Under the pieces are notes generated by a model. It did no database searches and had not been told where the DNA came from. It was given only the letters and a program-made list of their open reading frames with translations. DNA of 64,000 nucleotides. Source: Staphylococcus phage Twort. The first letter of the stretch is position 1. The number at the start of each line of letters is the position of its first letter. Location of the stretch: the sequence record NC_007021.1. One strand, given 5' to 3'. The translations under genes were made by a program, and so were the position numbers. Of this stretch, positions 35,432 through 44,564 are shown one piece after another.

Positions 35432-37685
35432 ATAAAAATTCCTTTCTTAGCCCTACAATATTGTCCCTATTTTCTTTTAGATAATTTTTATCTTGCTTTT
35501 CTAGCCAATAGTAGAATTCTCTTAGGGTTTTATCTTTTTGTAGGATATATTGTTTAGGTCTATTTCCACTAGACTTAGCTACAGAAGAAATTAAACCTCT
35601 CATATACTTCCAGTTGTTATAATATTCTAATTTTTGTTTGACCATAAATTTATTGCTGTCCTCAAAGACATAACCTTCAATTTCTTCCTTGTTATCCTCT
35701 GTAACAAAGTTATAGAACTCTACCCATGTATTTAAAGTAGTAACTTGTTTTTTGTAAGGTAATCCTAAGTACTGTGCTGTAGATTTTACTTCTTTGTAAG
35801 GAAGTTTATTAAACTGTAATTCATTCTTAATAATGTCGAGTAAAACAATTTTGTTTTCGTTGTATTCTATGATATGGGGGTCGTTTTCAATATCAATAAC
35901 CTCAAATACAAATGTGGAGTTAGAATATTTTAATGTTTCTTTTAAAGTATTTAAGTCAATTTTTGAATTTTCTACAATGGTTTTAAACATTAGCGCATAT
36001 TCATTGTCTTTAGATAAATGAGTGCTAGATTTGCTTGCGTAGATAATCTCATCTCTCTTTTCGTCATAGAACATTAAGCCTAAGAAACCATTTTCTTTTT
36101 CATAAACATCTACTGGGAATGATAAAGTGTCAGGCAAGTTTTCTAACTTAGTTTCGTTCATTTCATTGATGTTGAAAAATTTAGGATACCCTCTTCCTAC
36201 AACTGTATGGTCATCTTCTCTAATAAACAGTCCTCTTGCGGTAACAGATAATTGGTTCCAGTTCTTTTTAGTAAAGGCATGTTTAGTAAAATTGACGGAT
36301 ACAATATCATCATGAGTAGGTTTTACTTTAATTGTTTTTCTATCCTCTTTTGCAATATTTAAATAGGTTTCTACAGTTAGCTCTGGGTCTATTTCTTTTA
36401 AATGGTCTCTAGTATCTAATAACAATTTTTCATTATATACTGGGTTTTTGATTTCGTGAGGCATGATAGAGTTATCTTCATCAATAGTAACAGCTCTTAA
36501 GTGTCCTCCTTTTTCTACACGTCCTTCTAGGTTAATAGAGTCTTTATACGTGTCTAAAGGTTGTCTGTATAAGTTTCTATGACCATGAATCTGTATAGTG
36601 TCAGAATTATCCCATTCAGAATCAATATCAAATTCATAACCGCCAACACCATTAATAATTTGGTGAGTTGATACCATATTTAAATTATCTAACATTTGAG
36701 GCATAATACCACCATGTGTTATTACATAATCCTGTCCTTTATATGTGAAATATGCAAGTTGTTGTAATTTTTCTACTACGGTCTTAATTCTTTTTTGTGT
36801 AATACCAAACTTAATAAAACTTCTAAGAGTTGAAATAAAACCCCTAGCTCGAAACACTTTCATTGCCTTATTGAAAAACTCATCTTTATCTTCATAAATA
36901 TCTGTTAATTCTTCGAGTTCCTGATTATCTAAGTAGATAAAGTTTCTTAGATGTCGTTCGTGATTGCCCTCTAATAAAATAACATTTGGCTGTTTACAAA
37001 TCAATTCTAGGTATTCAAAAACTTCTTTTGTTTCTATCCCTCTATCGAAATAATCTCCAACAAAAATAAATAATTCATTTGGATTATCTAAAATTTTATT
37101 TACGGAAGCAAAAGCAGATAAAACTGTAAAGCATGAATGAACGTCTCCAATTACATGAATCTTATTGTAGTGGTCGACCTTCATAAAATCTTTATCCCAT
37201 TTTAATGTATCTAATAAGTTATCTTTATCTACACTCTTAGCATAGCTTGGGATATTTTCATGTTGCAATCTATCATACATATTTTCAATAACTTCTTCTG
37301 GGACTTGCTTATGAGACTCTCTGTTTTTATTTCTTTCTAATAAAGTATCTAAGTCCTCTTCCAATGTTACAACATAAGTTCTATATCGGTATTTTCTTGC
37401 AAGTTTTTCATATTTTTTGATTAGTTTACTTGTTGAGTGAGTAGCATCAATAACAGTAAAATCTCCACGAATCATACGCTGTTCTAAAATTTCAAGTAAA
37501 AGTGTCCATATATAATTATCATTTTCTTGTGTAGTTACTTGTTGTCCTTTTGTGTTGTAAACTGGTGAGCCACATTGCGTTCTTAAAACATCTGGAGAAA
37601 GCGTGAATTGTTCTAGTCCATTTTCTTTGATGTAGGTGGATTTACCTACACCAGGAACTCCCCGTAAAAGTACTAATTGTCTCAT
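35421..37685 (-). CDS. fused polynucleotide kinase / metallophosphoesterase / RNA-ligase-like (adenylyltransferase) protein; Pnkp-like RNA repair enzyme
   Basis: P-loop GVPGVGKST plus SPDVLR (kinase). GDVHSCF, GDYFDRG and GNHERH (calcineurin-like phosphatase). KENGF (ligase motif I, KxNG), EGYVFED (motif IV) and MVKQK (motif V). The internal Met at 37685 probably starts the protein; the ORF track starts at 37724. Confidence 0.8.
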   Translation of the reverse strand: MRQLVLLRGVPGVGKSTYIKENGLEQFTLSPDVLRTQCGSPVYNTKGQQVTTQENDNYIWTLLLEILEQRMIRGDFTVIDATHSTSKLIKKYEKLARKYRYRTYVVTLEEDLDTLLERNKNRESHKQVPEEVIENMYDRLQHENIPSYAKSVDKDNLLDTLKWDKDFMKVDHYNKIHVIGDVHSCFTVLSAFASVNKILDNPNELFIFVGDYFDRGIETKEVFEYLELICKQPNVILLEGNHERHLRNFIYLDNQELEELTDIYEDKDEFFNKAMKVFRARGFISTLRSFIKFGITQKRIKTVVEKLQQLAYFTYKGQDYVITHGGIMPQMLDNLNMVSTHQIINGVGGYEFDIDSEWDNSDTIQIHGHRNLYRQPLDTYKDSINLEGRVEKGGHLRAVTIDEDNSIMPHEIKNPVYNEKLLLDTRDHLKEIDPELTVETYLNIAKEDRKTIKVKPTHDDIVSVNFTKHAFTKKNWNQLSVTARGLFIREDDHTVVGRGYPKFFNINEMNETKLENLPDTLSFPVDVYEKENGFLGLMFYDEKRDEIIYASKSSTHLSKDNEYALMFKTIVENSKIDLNTLKETLKYSNSTFVFEVIDIENDPHIIEYNENKIVLLDIIKNELQFNKLPYKEVKSTAQYLGLPYKKQVTTLNTWVEFYNFVTEDNKEEIEGYVFEDSNKFMVKQKLEYYNNWKYMRGLISSVAKSSGNRPKQYILQKDKTLREFYYWLEKQDKNYLKENRDNIVGLRKEFLYEV

Positions 37686-37686
37686 A

Positions 37687-37992
37687 TTAACAGTCCTCCC
37701 TACCTTCTTTGAGATAGTTCTCATATTTTTTCTTTAAAGCAGGATTTTTGCTAGATAATATAAATTCAAGTATCTCTTTATCCGTGAAAATTTTTGTATA
37801 TTCTTCTTCCCATTCTACATCTTTATAATTGTGTTCTCCTGTTTCTTCAAGATTGTTTAAAGCCATCTCAGCATATATCTTCGCATCAATTAACCATCTT
37901 GTATACATGCTTGAAGGGTCTAAAAACTTTATTTGATTTTCATAATTAATAATATCTGTTTTTAATTTAAGTTTTGCTTGTTCTTTATTCAT
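37687..37992 (-). CDS. hypothetical protein
   Basis: 101-aa ORF. Confidence 0.6.
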   Translation of the reverse strand: MNKEQAKLKLKTDIINYENQIKFLDPSSMYTRWLIDAKIYAEMALNNLEETGEHNYKDVEWEEEYTKIFTDKEILEFILSSKNPALKKKYENYLKEGREDC

Positions 37993-38249
37993 TATAGCAC
38001 CTCATACGTTTTATGGAATATTTCAGGTTTAACTGGATAGAATTCACCATGTACGCCTTGGACAATATAATCATTCAATCTAGCCTCTAAATTGCCTTCT
38101 AAAGTTTTTATAATTAAATACCCTTGATGCCTTGAAACGCAATACCTAACTTGACCATTAGACCAATTCTCTATTTCTTCTGCACTTTCCAAATCTGTAA
38201 ACTGAACAAATTCAATTTCTACTGGTTTCTTCCTAGCTTTCTGAATCAT
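37992..38249 (-). CDS. hypothetical protein
   Basis: 85-aa ORF; ATGA-type overlaps with its neighbours. Confidence 0.6.
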   Translation of the reverse strand: MIQKARKKPVEIEFVQFTDLESAEEIENWSNGQVRYCVSRHQGYLIIKTLEGNLEARLNDYIVQGVHGEFYPVKPEIFHKTYEVL

Positions 38250-38953
38250 TCTAACTCCTCCAATTTAATAAATGGTAATTCTATATCTCTAAAAACTGCT
38301 CCTACATCACACAACAACATATCATTATGTTTTTCTACCTGACCACTACTAGTAGGTGTATGCCCACATACGTGTATAAAACCATCTTTTCTAGGTTGAA
38401 AATCCCTAGACCACATTAACTGGTCTACTGTTTGTCCTTCTACAGGTTTCCAACTTACACCACCAGAATGAGTAAATATATATTTATCTTTCTTATAATA
38501 CCTCCTACAATTAGTCATAAACACTTTAAACTTCCTATAATCTTCAGATTCTTTAAGTTTATTTAGTTCATTTTTAATAAAATCATAATCGTTCCTTAAA
38601 ACATCTTCTACAATGTTACATGTTAAAGTTGCAATATCAACACCGTAAGAGTCAAGTGTTTCCATGCAATATCTTGATAGCCACTCAATATCATAAATAC
38701 CTAATCGGTCTATATTCTCTATAATCCTATATAACTCATCATCATGATTTCCTAGTAGGGCTACTACATTTTCATCATTTAATAATAAATCAAATAGATA
38801 GTTCACAACATCCTTAGACCTATCACCTCTGTCTATATAATCTCCTAAGAATACTATTGTATCTTCTGGTTTACGCTCTTCAATTATTTTATTCATTAGT
38901 CTCATAAGTTTATCATACTCTCCATGTATATCTGGGATTACAAATATGCTCAT
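38246..38953 (-). CDS. Ser/Thr-protein-phosphatase-family metallophosphoesterase
   Basis: PDIHGE, GDYIDRG, GNHD and a GH motif. Confidence 0.8.
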   Translation of the reverse strand: MSIFVIPDIHGEYDKLMRLMNKIIEERKPEDTIVFLGDYIDRGDRSKDVVNYLFDLLLNDENVVALLGNHDDELYRIIENIDRLGIYDIEWLSRYCMETLDSYGVDIATLTCNIVEDVLRNDYDFIKNELNKLKESEDYRKFKVFMTNCRRYYKKDKYIFTHSGGVSWKPVEGQTVDQLMWSRDFQPRKDGFIHVCGHTPTSSGQVEKHNDMLLCDVGAVFRDIELPFIKLEELE

Positions 38954-39076
38954 AAATCTTCCTCCCTACTGTTGTTTCATTAACTAAAGAAACTCTACAG
39001 CATTTTCTTTATTAACACTCACTTTAAATTCTTTATATTCCTCTCTCCAGCACTAAATCACTATACTTAATATTTT

Positions 39077-39259
39077 TCACGTTAACTCCTCCAATTTTTC
39101 CATCAATACTTTATTCCAGTTCTTCAATCTTTGGTTTTGCTCTTTTAATAACTTCATTTTTTTAATGTTACTATTTAATAAATCTTGTTTATTTTTATAG
39201 AGTAATTCAATTAACTCTAATTCTTTAAGTCTTTCTTTCTCTATATACACGGTTTCCAT
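39077..39259 (-). CDS. small coiled-coil protein
   Basis: 60-aa ORF. Confidence 0.45.
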   Translation of the reverse strand: METVYIEKERLKELELIELLYKNKQDLLNSNIKKMKLLKEQNQRLKNWNKVLMEKLEELT

Positions 39260-39266
39260 ACTATCC

Positions 39267-39824
39267 CTACTTTAATTTCTTTATAGACTCTACTACTTTC
39301 CTTGTACTTCTAACATCAGCATTCTTTAAGTTACTTAATAGAAAATTTAATTTATTTACATAGCTATCTACTGTAGAAATAAAAACATCTTCCATATCAC
39401 TATACTCCGAACGCATTTCTACGAATATAGTTATAGTGTTTCTATCTGAGATATGAACGTCAATTATAATAGTGTCTAAAGAGTAAGAATTTTTATCTAC
39501 ACTAAATACTTCATATGGCTCATTTTTTATTATATTATCATGGACAAAATGTCCATTATTCCTTTTAAGTTCTATCCAAGAACTGTATTTGATGTATCTT
39601 TGCTCTTTGATAAAATCTTCTTTAGTTATTTCATTAATCTCCCGAACAAACAATTCTTCATACACTTCTAAATCATAGTTTGATTGTATATACTCTAATT
39701 CTTCTAGGTTGGTAGAATATCCAAGTATTTCAGTATTATCTGTGGTATATTCAAAATACTCATCCCAACCAACATTTGTATGAGTATATTCACTTACCTT
39801 TATTAATGCATATAATTTTGCCAT
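39267..39824 (-). CDS. hypothetical protein
   Basis: 185-aa ORF with RBS AAGGAGGGG. Confidence 0.65.
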   Translation of the reverse strand: MAKLYALIKVSEYTHTNVGWDEYFEYTTDNTEILGYSTNLEELEYIQSNYDLEVYEELFVREINEITKEDFIKEQRYIKYSSWIELKRNNGHFVHDNIIKNEPYEVFSVDKNSYSLDTIIIDVHISDRNTITIFVEMRSEYSDMEDVFISTVDSYVNKLNFLLSNLKNADVRSTRKVVESIKKLK

Positions 39825-39849
39825 AACAACCCCTCCTTAATTACATTAT

Positions 39850-39884
39850 ATAACAGAAAAGAACCCGTGTCAACAGGTTCTTTA
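39850..39884 (-). terminator. minus-strand rho-independent terminator
   Basis: Plus-strand AAAGAACC...GGTTCTTT hairpin, with a T-run in the minus-strand reading. Confidence 0.6.
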
Positions 39885-39886
39885 AA

Positions 39887-40270
39887 TTAATCTTTGTAAT
39901 CTGGTTTGGCAGGAATCCACATTTTAGGGTTATAATTTATTTCATATTGGTATTTGCTTACATTTTTAGTAGTCACATCTTCCACAACGTAAGATACGTT
40001 ATCAGATAATCCAATAATATGTTTTTGATACTCTCCGTCTTTCTTTTCTACTACAACTTCTAACTGTCGGTCTTTATCATCTGCTTTAATAGACATTCTT
40101 CCCGACATTTGAAAAATAATGTCTTGTTTAATAGCATTGATAACCGTAACTTTTCTTACTGTATTAAAATTGTCTGCCTCTTCTGACAGGTTCTCACTAA
40201 CTCTATCTGCTTGATTACAAGCACTTAAAATGAAAACAGAGCCGAGCAATAATATTATAATTTTTTTCAT
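39887..40270 (-). CDS. lipoprotein
   Basis: Signal peptide MKKIIILLLGSVFILSAC, with an LSAC lipobox. Confidence 0.7.
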   Translation of the reverse strand: MKKIIILLLGSVFILSACNQADRVSENLSEEADNFNTVRKVTVINAIKQDIIFQMSGRMSIKADDKDRQLEVVVEKKDGEYQKHIIGLSDNVSYVVEDVTTKNVSKYQYEINYNPKMWIPAKPDYKD

Positions 40271-40279
40271 ATGTTTCTC

Positions 40280-40720
40280 CTATTCTTTAATTAATTTATC
40301 CCCTTCTTGGATGTAATCAATGTCTTTAAGTCCGTCTATCTTTTTCCAAGCAACCATCTTATTGTTTTTTATATAGTAACTCATGGTAATATTATTGTAT
40401 TTTAAATCTCCCGTAACATACATAGTTACAGATTCTACTTTATACTTATTAATAGCAGTTCCCTCAGCTCCTATAAAATCAGAACCATTCTCTCTTTCTT
40501 TTTTATATTCTTCCATATCCAACCAATACTCTTTACCTGATACTGTAATTAATCTAACAATTTTTTCCTTACTTAATATCTCTATATCATTCATATCTAT
40601 TTCTTTAGGAAAATTACTTCTTTTGATTCTCTTTATACGAACCATTAAACTTTCACTAACCATGAAAAGTAGAAGGAATGCCAGACCAATAAACGCAATA
40701 CCCATTAATATATCATACAT
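40280..40720 (-). CDS. membrane-anchored protein
   Basis: N-terminal TM segment. Confidence 0.6.
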   Translation of the reverse strand: MYDILMGIAFIGLAFLLLFMVSESLMVRIKRIKRSNFPKEIDMNDIEILSKEKIVRLITVSGKEYWLDMEEYKKERENGSDFIGAEGTAINKYKVESVTMYVTGDLKYNNITMSYYIKNNKMVAWKKIDGLKDIDYIQEGDKLIKE

Positions 40721-40728
40721 AAAATCAC

Positions 40729-41412
40729 CTATAAGTGTCCGATAGAAATTGGCTCTACCGCTTTTACTAAGTTGTTCTCTATACTTTTTACAGTAGTACT
40801 AACATTATTAATTACAGTTACAGCTTCTTTATCTGGTGAATATAGTTTAATAGTAATTAAATGCGTTTTCTGATTATAGTATAGTACTAATTTATAATTA
40901 CAGTCTAGATGAAGTATAACTGATTCAAAAACATCACCATTAATTTGTTTTACTTCTTTTGATAATAAATTAACCTGTACAGTTGTTTTTGGTATGTATG
41001 ACTCTACATATGAGCTACATAACCCAATAATACCTGGTAGCTTATTTACTTCCCTAGTACCATTTTCAATTTTATCTTTAAGTTCAAAGTATTTACTTTT
41101 AGCACCTACATAACATTCTTCTAAGAATACTTCTGGATTTTCTACACCTTCTGGAATATCAAAAGAGTACATGATTTCTTGTGAAAATATGATTACAAGT
41201 TTATTAGTTTCCTCAATCATAGTAAATGTTACTGTTAAATCTAAATCTGTATCTTTAATTTTAAAAAGGATACTATGTTCTTCGTCTGATTCAAACTCTG
41301 ATACTTTCTTAAAACTACTTTCTTTGTTAAACGTAAAACCATTAGAAGTAAATTCATAACCATTTAAAGTATCCATACTTTCAATAATATCTTTCCATTT
41401 TTTTAATTCCAT
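40729..41412 (-). CDS. hypothetical protein
   Basis: 227-aa ORF. Confidence 0.65.
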   Translation of the reverse strand: MELKKWKDIIESMDTLNGYEFTSNGFTFNKESSFKKVSEFESDEEHSILFKIKDTDLDLTVTFTMIEETNKLVIIFSQEIMYSFDIPEGVENPEVFLEECYVGAKSKYFELKDKIENGTREVNKLPGIIGLCSSYVESYIPKTTVQVNLLSKEVKQINGDVFESVILHLDCNYKLVLYYNQKTHLITIKLYSPDKEAVTVINNVSTTVKSIENNLVKAVEPISIGHL

Positions 41413-41504
41413 ATTTAAATATCTCCTTTATATAGTTTCTGGTACCGACATTAATGTCGGGAGCAAATATTATATATCCTATTTATTTTTTTCAACATAC
41501 TTAA

Positions 41505-41732
41505 TTATACACGTTTATTATCTACATTAGTAAATCCAATAGCCAACCCATCAAAAGCAATAAACAGCACTGCCCTCCATTGTTCTGATGTTAATTTAGG
41601 GTAACTTTTATGTACCCTATTAAGAAAATCATTTAGTTCTTTCTGTGTCTTAAAAGTTATTCCTTCAATAGGAATCGTAGTACCCTGTAAACACTCAAGA
41701 TTAATATTCACCTTTAATTTACCTCCTAGCAT
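41505..41732 (-). CDS. hypothetical protein
   Basis: 75-aa ORF. Confidence 0.5.
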   Translation of the reverse strand: MLGGKLKVNINLECLQGTTIPIEGITFKTQKELNDFLNRVHKSYPKLTSEQWRAVLFIAFDGLAIGFTNVDNKRV

Positions 41733-41955
41733 CTAAATCCGTATTAGCATATTTAACCATGAGATTAAATAATTTCTTATCTGCTCCTAAAGCCCTGAAT
41801 GAATATTGTTTTTCAGTGAACACCCAACAATGAGGATGTTTAGCACTCTTATAAGAAATTAGGATTTTAGTTTTATATTTCGATATATTTTTATGTGAAA
41901 CATTTACTTTATATCCTAGTTCATTAACTTTCTTTATAAATTCTAGTGTTGTCAT
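41719..41955 (-). CDS. hypothetical protein
   Basis: 78-aa ORF with an ATGA overlap. Confidence 0.55.
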   Translation of the reverse strand: MTTLEFIKKVNELGYKVNVSHKNISKYKTKILISYKSAKHPHCWVFTEKQYSFRALGADKKLFNLMVKYANTDLDARR

Positions 41956-42320
41956 TCTACCATCTCCTCCATTAATTCAGGATTTTCATATAAGTTGCCT
42001 ATAACTTCTAAATTCGACCAGTCATAGATGTGATAGTGGTCGTATCCCCAGTTACAATATTCTGTTAATACAAATCCACCGTCTAGCCATTCAACTAAAA
42101 ACAAATCGTCGAGTAAACCTCTAACAACGTCTTTCCCATAAATCTCAACGCCGTTTTTGTCTTTAAATCCTGTCGACTGCATAAGTTCATAATTAAATAT
42201 TTGATGCAAAGAGCTTGCTAGTGCTACTAGAATTTTCGACCCGTTAATTTGAATGGTCAGTTCATCATGGTTATACATTTCATTCTTTCTTTTATCCCAC
42301 ACTCTAAATTTCGGTATCAT
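41952..42320 (-). CDS. YopX-family protein
   Basis: (M)IPKFRVWDK...MQSTGFKDKNGVEIYGKDVV...WSNLEVIGNLYENPEL. The ORF track starts at 42398, but the Met at 42320 follows GGAGG and overlaps the upstream stop as ATGA. Confidence 0.75.
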   Translation of the reverse strand: MIPKFRVWDKRKNEMYNHDELTIQINGSKILVALASSLHQIFNYELMQSTGFKDKNGVEIYGKDVVRGLLDDLFLVEWLDGGFVLTEYCNWGYDHYHIYDWSNLEVIGNLYENPELMEEMVE

Positions 42321-43070
42321 TCTACCATTCCTCCATTTTTCCAAATAAGTTCTTTTTGTCCTCTTAATGGTTGTGTTAAAGCTTTTTCTACACTCCATCC
42401 TTTTTTAATTCTTGACCACAAAGAACTATAAGGGATACCTGTTATATCAGACCATTCGGCTATGCTATGCTTTTCATTATTGTATTCTAAAATATGGTTA
42501 TTCCTTCTATTTCTCTCTTGTTGTGTATAATCAGCCCACCTGCAATTATTAGGTTTGTAATCATCATCATTATCAATTCTATCTAGTGTTAAAGTGTTAT
42601 CATATCCACTATTCATTGACCATTTATAAAAATTTTCAAAAGAATCAAACCATTCATCACAAACTTTTATACCTCTCTCACCATAGTTTTTATAGTTTAT
42701 ACTATTTATATTGGAACATCTCATTTTCATATTGTTCCAAATGTTATACAATCTACTATTTCTATTTCCATGTTTTTTCTGTCTCCAGCTAATTTTTTGT
42801 TTAAGCAACCACATGATTTAGTATTGCCTGTTCTTATATCTGTTCCTCTAACTACGAATTCATTTCCACATTTACAAACACACAACCAACAAACATGTTT
42901 CCCTTTGTTTTCAACTCTTTTTAAAACAGTACACCCATTAAATTTATAGTTTGTCATGTCTTTAAGTTTACCCATTACCTAACCCCCTGACTGTTTCTCT
43001 TGCCATTCTTCCAACCCCACTGAATCAGTTCGGGTAGCGTCATTTTCTTAATCGTTTTAATCTTTACCAT
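42317..43070 (-). pseudogene. endonuclease-like zinc-ribbon/HTH protein split across three overlapping ORFs (42975..43070, 42727..42975, 42317..42814); frameshift in an A6 tract
   Basis: The frame change lies between ...TKSCGCLNKK and KKHGNRNSRLYNIWNNMKMRC. One extra A in GACAGAAAAAAC would fuse the two pieces. Confidence 0.55.
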
Positions 43071-43101
43071 TTCTCATTTCCTCCTAATTGATTATATACT
43101 T

Positions 43102-43130
43102 AGTATAAAGGATAATAACTAGATTGTCAA
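43102..43130 (-). promoter_or_regulatory. sigma-70-type promoter on the minus strand (TTGACA-17-TATACT)
   Basis: Plus-strand TGTCAA at 43125-43130 and AGTATA at 43102-43107. AGGAGG follows, then a 31-codon ORF. Confidence 0.65.
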
Positions 43131-43491
43131 CTATAAAAATAAAAAAAGTACCTACAAATTAATGTAGATACTTATACTATAATTATAGAATTTTAGGTGT
43201 GTACATGAAGGATAACTCATGTAGGGTTTAGTAGTAAGATACAAAGCGTCTACCACGCAACATACAACACCTCTTGTATGTTATTATATACGTACTGGAA
43301 GAAGTTACCAGTAGGAACCTACAGTCATATACAAAGCCTATGCCAGGCAATATATGGTATATCTCATATATCAGGTATAATACCTTATAATGATTATCTT
43401 GTAACCTATAACTTCTGATAATTAGGGTTTTATAATAATTACTGTATAAGTAACTATAACCTATAAGTTTTTTGCATGCTAGGGGCTATAA

Positions 43492-43563
43492 TGGACTCTG
43501 TAGGGATTGAACCTACACTCCAACGCTTATGAGGCGTTTGCTTTACCATTAAGCTAAGAGTCC
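43492..43563 (-). tRNA. tRNA-Met (anticodon CAT)
   Basis: A full cloverleaf folds by hand: acceptor GGACTCT/AGAGTCC, D arm GCTT-AATGGTA-AAGC, anticodon arm AACGC-CTCATAA-GCGTT, T arm GTAGG-TTCAATC-CCTAC. CCA is not encoded. Confidence 0.85.
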
Positions 43564-43571
43564 ACAACAGT

Positions 43572-43637
43572 ATCCTAAGAGAGGACTCGAACCTCAACGA
43601 CTAGATAGCTACAACTAGCCAATGCCATTACTTAGGA
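43572..43637 (-). tRNA. degenerate tRNA-like gene (pseudo-tRNA?) just 5' of tRNA-Met
   Basis: Perfect 7-bp acceptor TCCTAAG/CTTAGGA and T arm GAGG-TTCGAGT-CCTC. Only 34 nt lie between them, with no canonical D arm and a 6-bp stem carrying a 10-nt loop. Confidence 0.4.
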
Positions 43638-43764
43638 TAATTAATGTTAGGTATGTTTCTAATAATTAGAAATAAGAAGTATTTTTATAATGATTTCAAA
43701 GTACCCATATAGTTAGGCTCTTACTTTCATTATATTATTAACTATATCTAATGTAACATACTTT

Positions 43765-44154
43765 CTAACTCTTGTCAATACTTTTATTCCATTTAGAGTT
43801 TGGTTTAATTAAACCTTTTTCTATTAGAGAAGTATTAAGTTGTTTATATTCAGTACCCTCTTTATACCATACTCTAGCTAGGTATCTACCAAATACATCA
43901 CTTTTATATGTCTGGACAATAATGTCTTTATTTAAAACTTTACTCTGTGTAAATTCTGTAGCTTCTTTATAATTATTTGCTCCTCTTTCTGGTGTATCTA
44001 CATCTATTAACCTAACTCTTTGTTCTGAGTACATGCGCATCCCATGGTCTAGTGTAATATCAATAGTATCTCCATCAATAACCTTTGTGCACTTTGCTTT
44101 GAACATATATAATTGTTCGTCCAAATTACTAAAGTCCATTTTTATATTCCTCAA
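43765..44154 (-). CDS. staphylococcal-nuclease (SNase/thermonuclease)-like protein
   Basis: KVIDGDTIDITL...RVRLIDVDTPE... matches the SNase core motifs. Confidence 0.75.
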   Translation of the reverse strand: MRNIKMDFSNLDEQLYMFKAKCTKVIDGDTIDITLDHGMRMYSEQRVRLIDVDTPERGANNYKEATEFTQSKVLNKDIIVQTYKSDVFGRYLARVWYKEGTEYKQLNTSLIEKGLIKPNSKWNKSIDKS

Positions 44155-44179
44155 TTCTATTATATTTTAAATAACAGAG

Positions 44180-44497
44180 CTACTTCTGTAGCTCTGAATA
44201 TCCGAATAAATTTTTACAAATACTCTTAGCATAGCAACGAATAGCATAATTACTGTCATCACTATCTTTTAAGTATAGACTATGAACTAAATCATAAGCA
44301 TAAAATATTACATGTTGTGATTTTTTCTTGCCTTCTCTAACCTCAAAAGTTATAGTGTCAGTATTTTTGAATCCAGTTATTTTAAATTCTTTATTAGTGT
44401 TTAAATTTTTAGGGAACTTCATCCAACCTTTTTCATACATAATCTCTACTGCGTTACTAAATTGTCTTTTAGCCGTGTCCTTATTCATAATAATCAA
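44180..44497 (-). CDS. hypothetical protein
   Basis: 105-aa ORF driven by the promoter at 44522-44550. Confidence 0.6.
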   Translation of the reverse strand: MIIMNKDTAKRQFSNAVEIMYEKGWMKFPKNLNTNKEFKITGFKNTDTITFEVREGKKKSQHVIFYAYDLVHSLYLKDSDDSNYAIRCYAKSICKNLFGYSELQK

Positions 44498-44521
44498 TCC
44501 CTTTCCTTAATTTCTATACTA

Positions 44522-44550
44522 AGTATACCATATAAGGAAAGGGACGTCAA
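44522..44550 (-). promoter_or_regulatory. sigma-70-type promoter on the minus strand (TTGACG-17-TATACT)
   Basis: Plus-strand CGTCAA at 44545-44550 and AGTATA at 44522-44527. Confidence 0.6.
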
Positions 44551-44564
44551 CATTAATATTTAAA

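Noticed and set aside
43230-43360. Two similar 30-bp segments (ATACAAAGCGTCTACCACGCAACATA and ATACAAAGCCTATGCCAGGCAATATA), considered as decayed tRNA genes
   Set aside because: Neither has a T-arm or acceptor complementarity. They are more likely diverged promoter-like or hairpin repeats in the leader of the tRNA cluster.
43572-43637. Calling the second tRNA-like sequence a specific canonical tRNA (Asp, Trp or Phe, as in related phages)
   Set aside because: No standard cloverleaf can be drawn by hand. There is no D stem, and the anticodon arm is not 5 bp plus a 7-nt loop. It is kept only as a degenerate tRNA-like feature.
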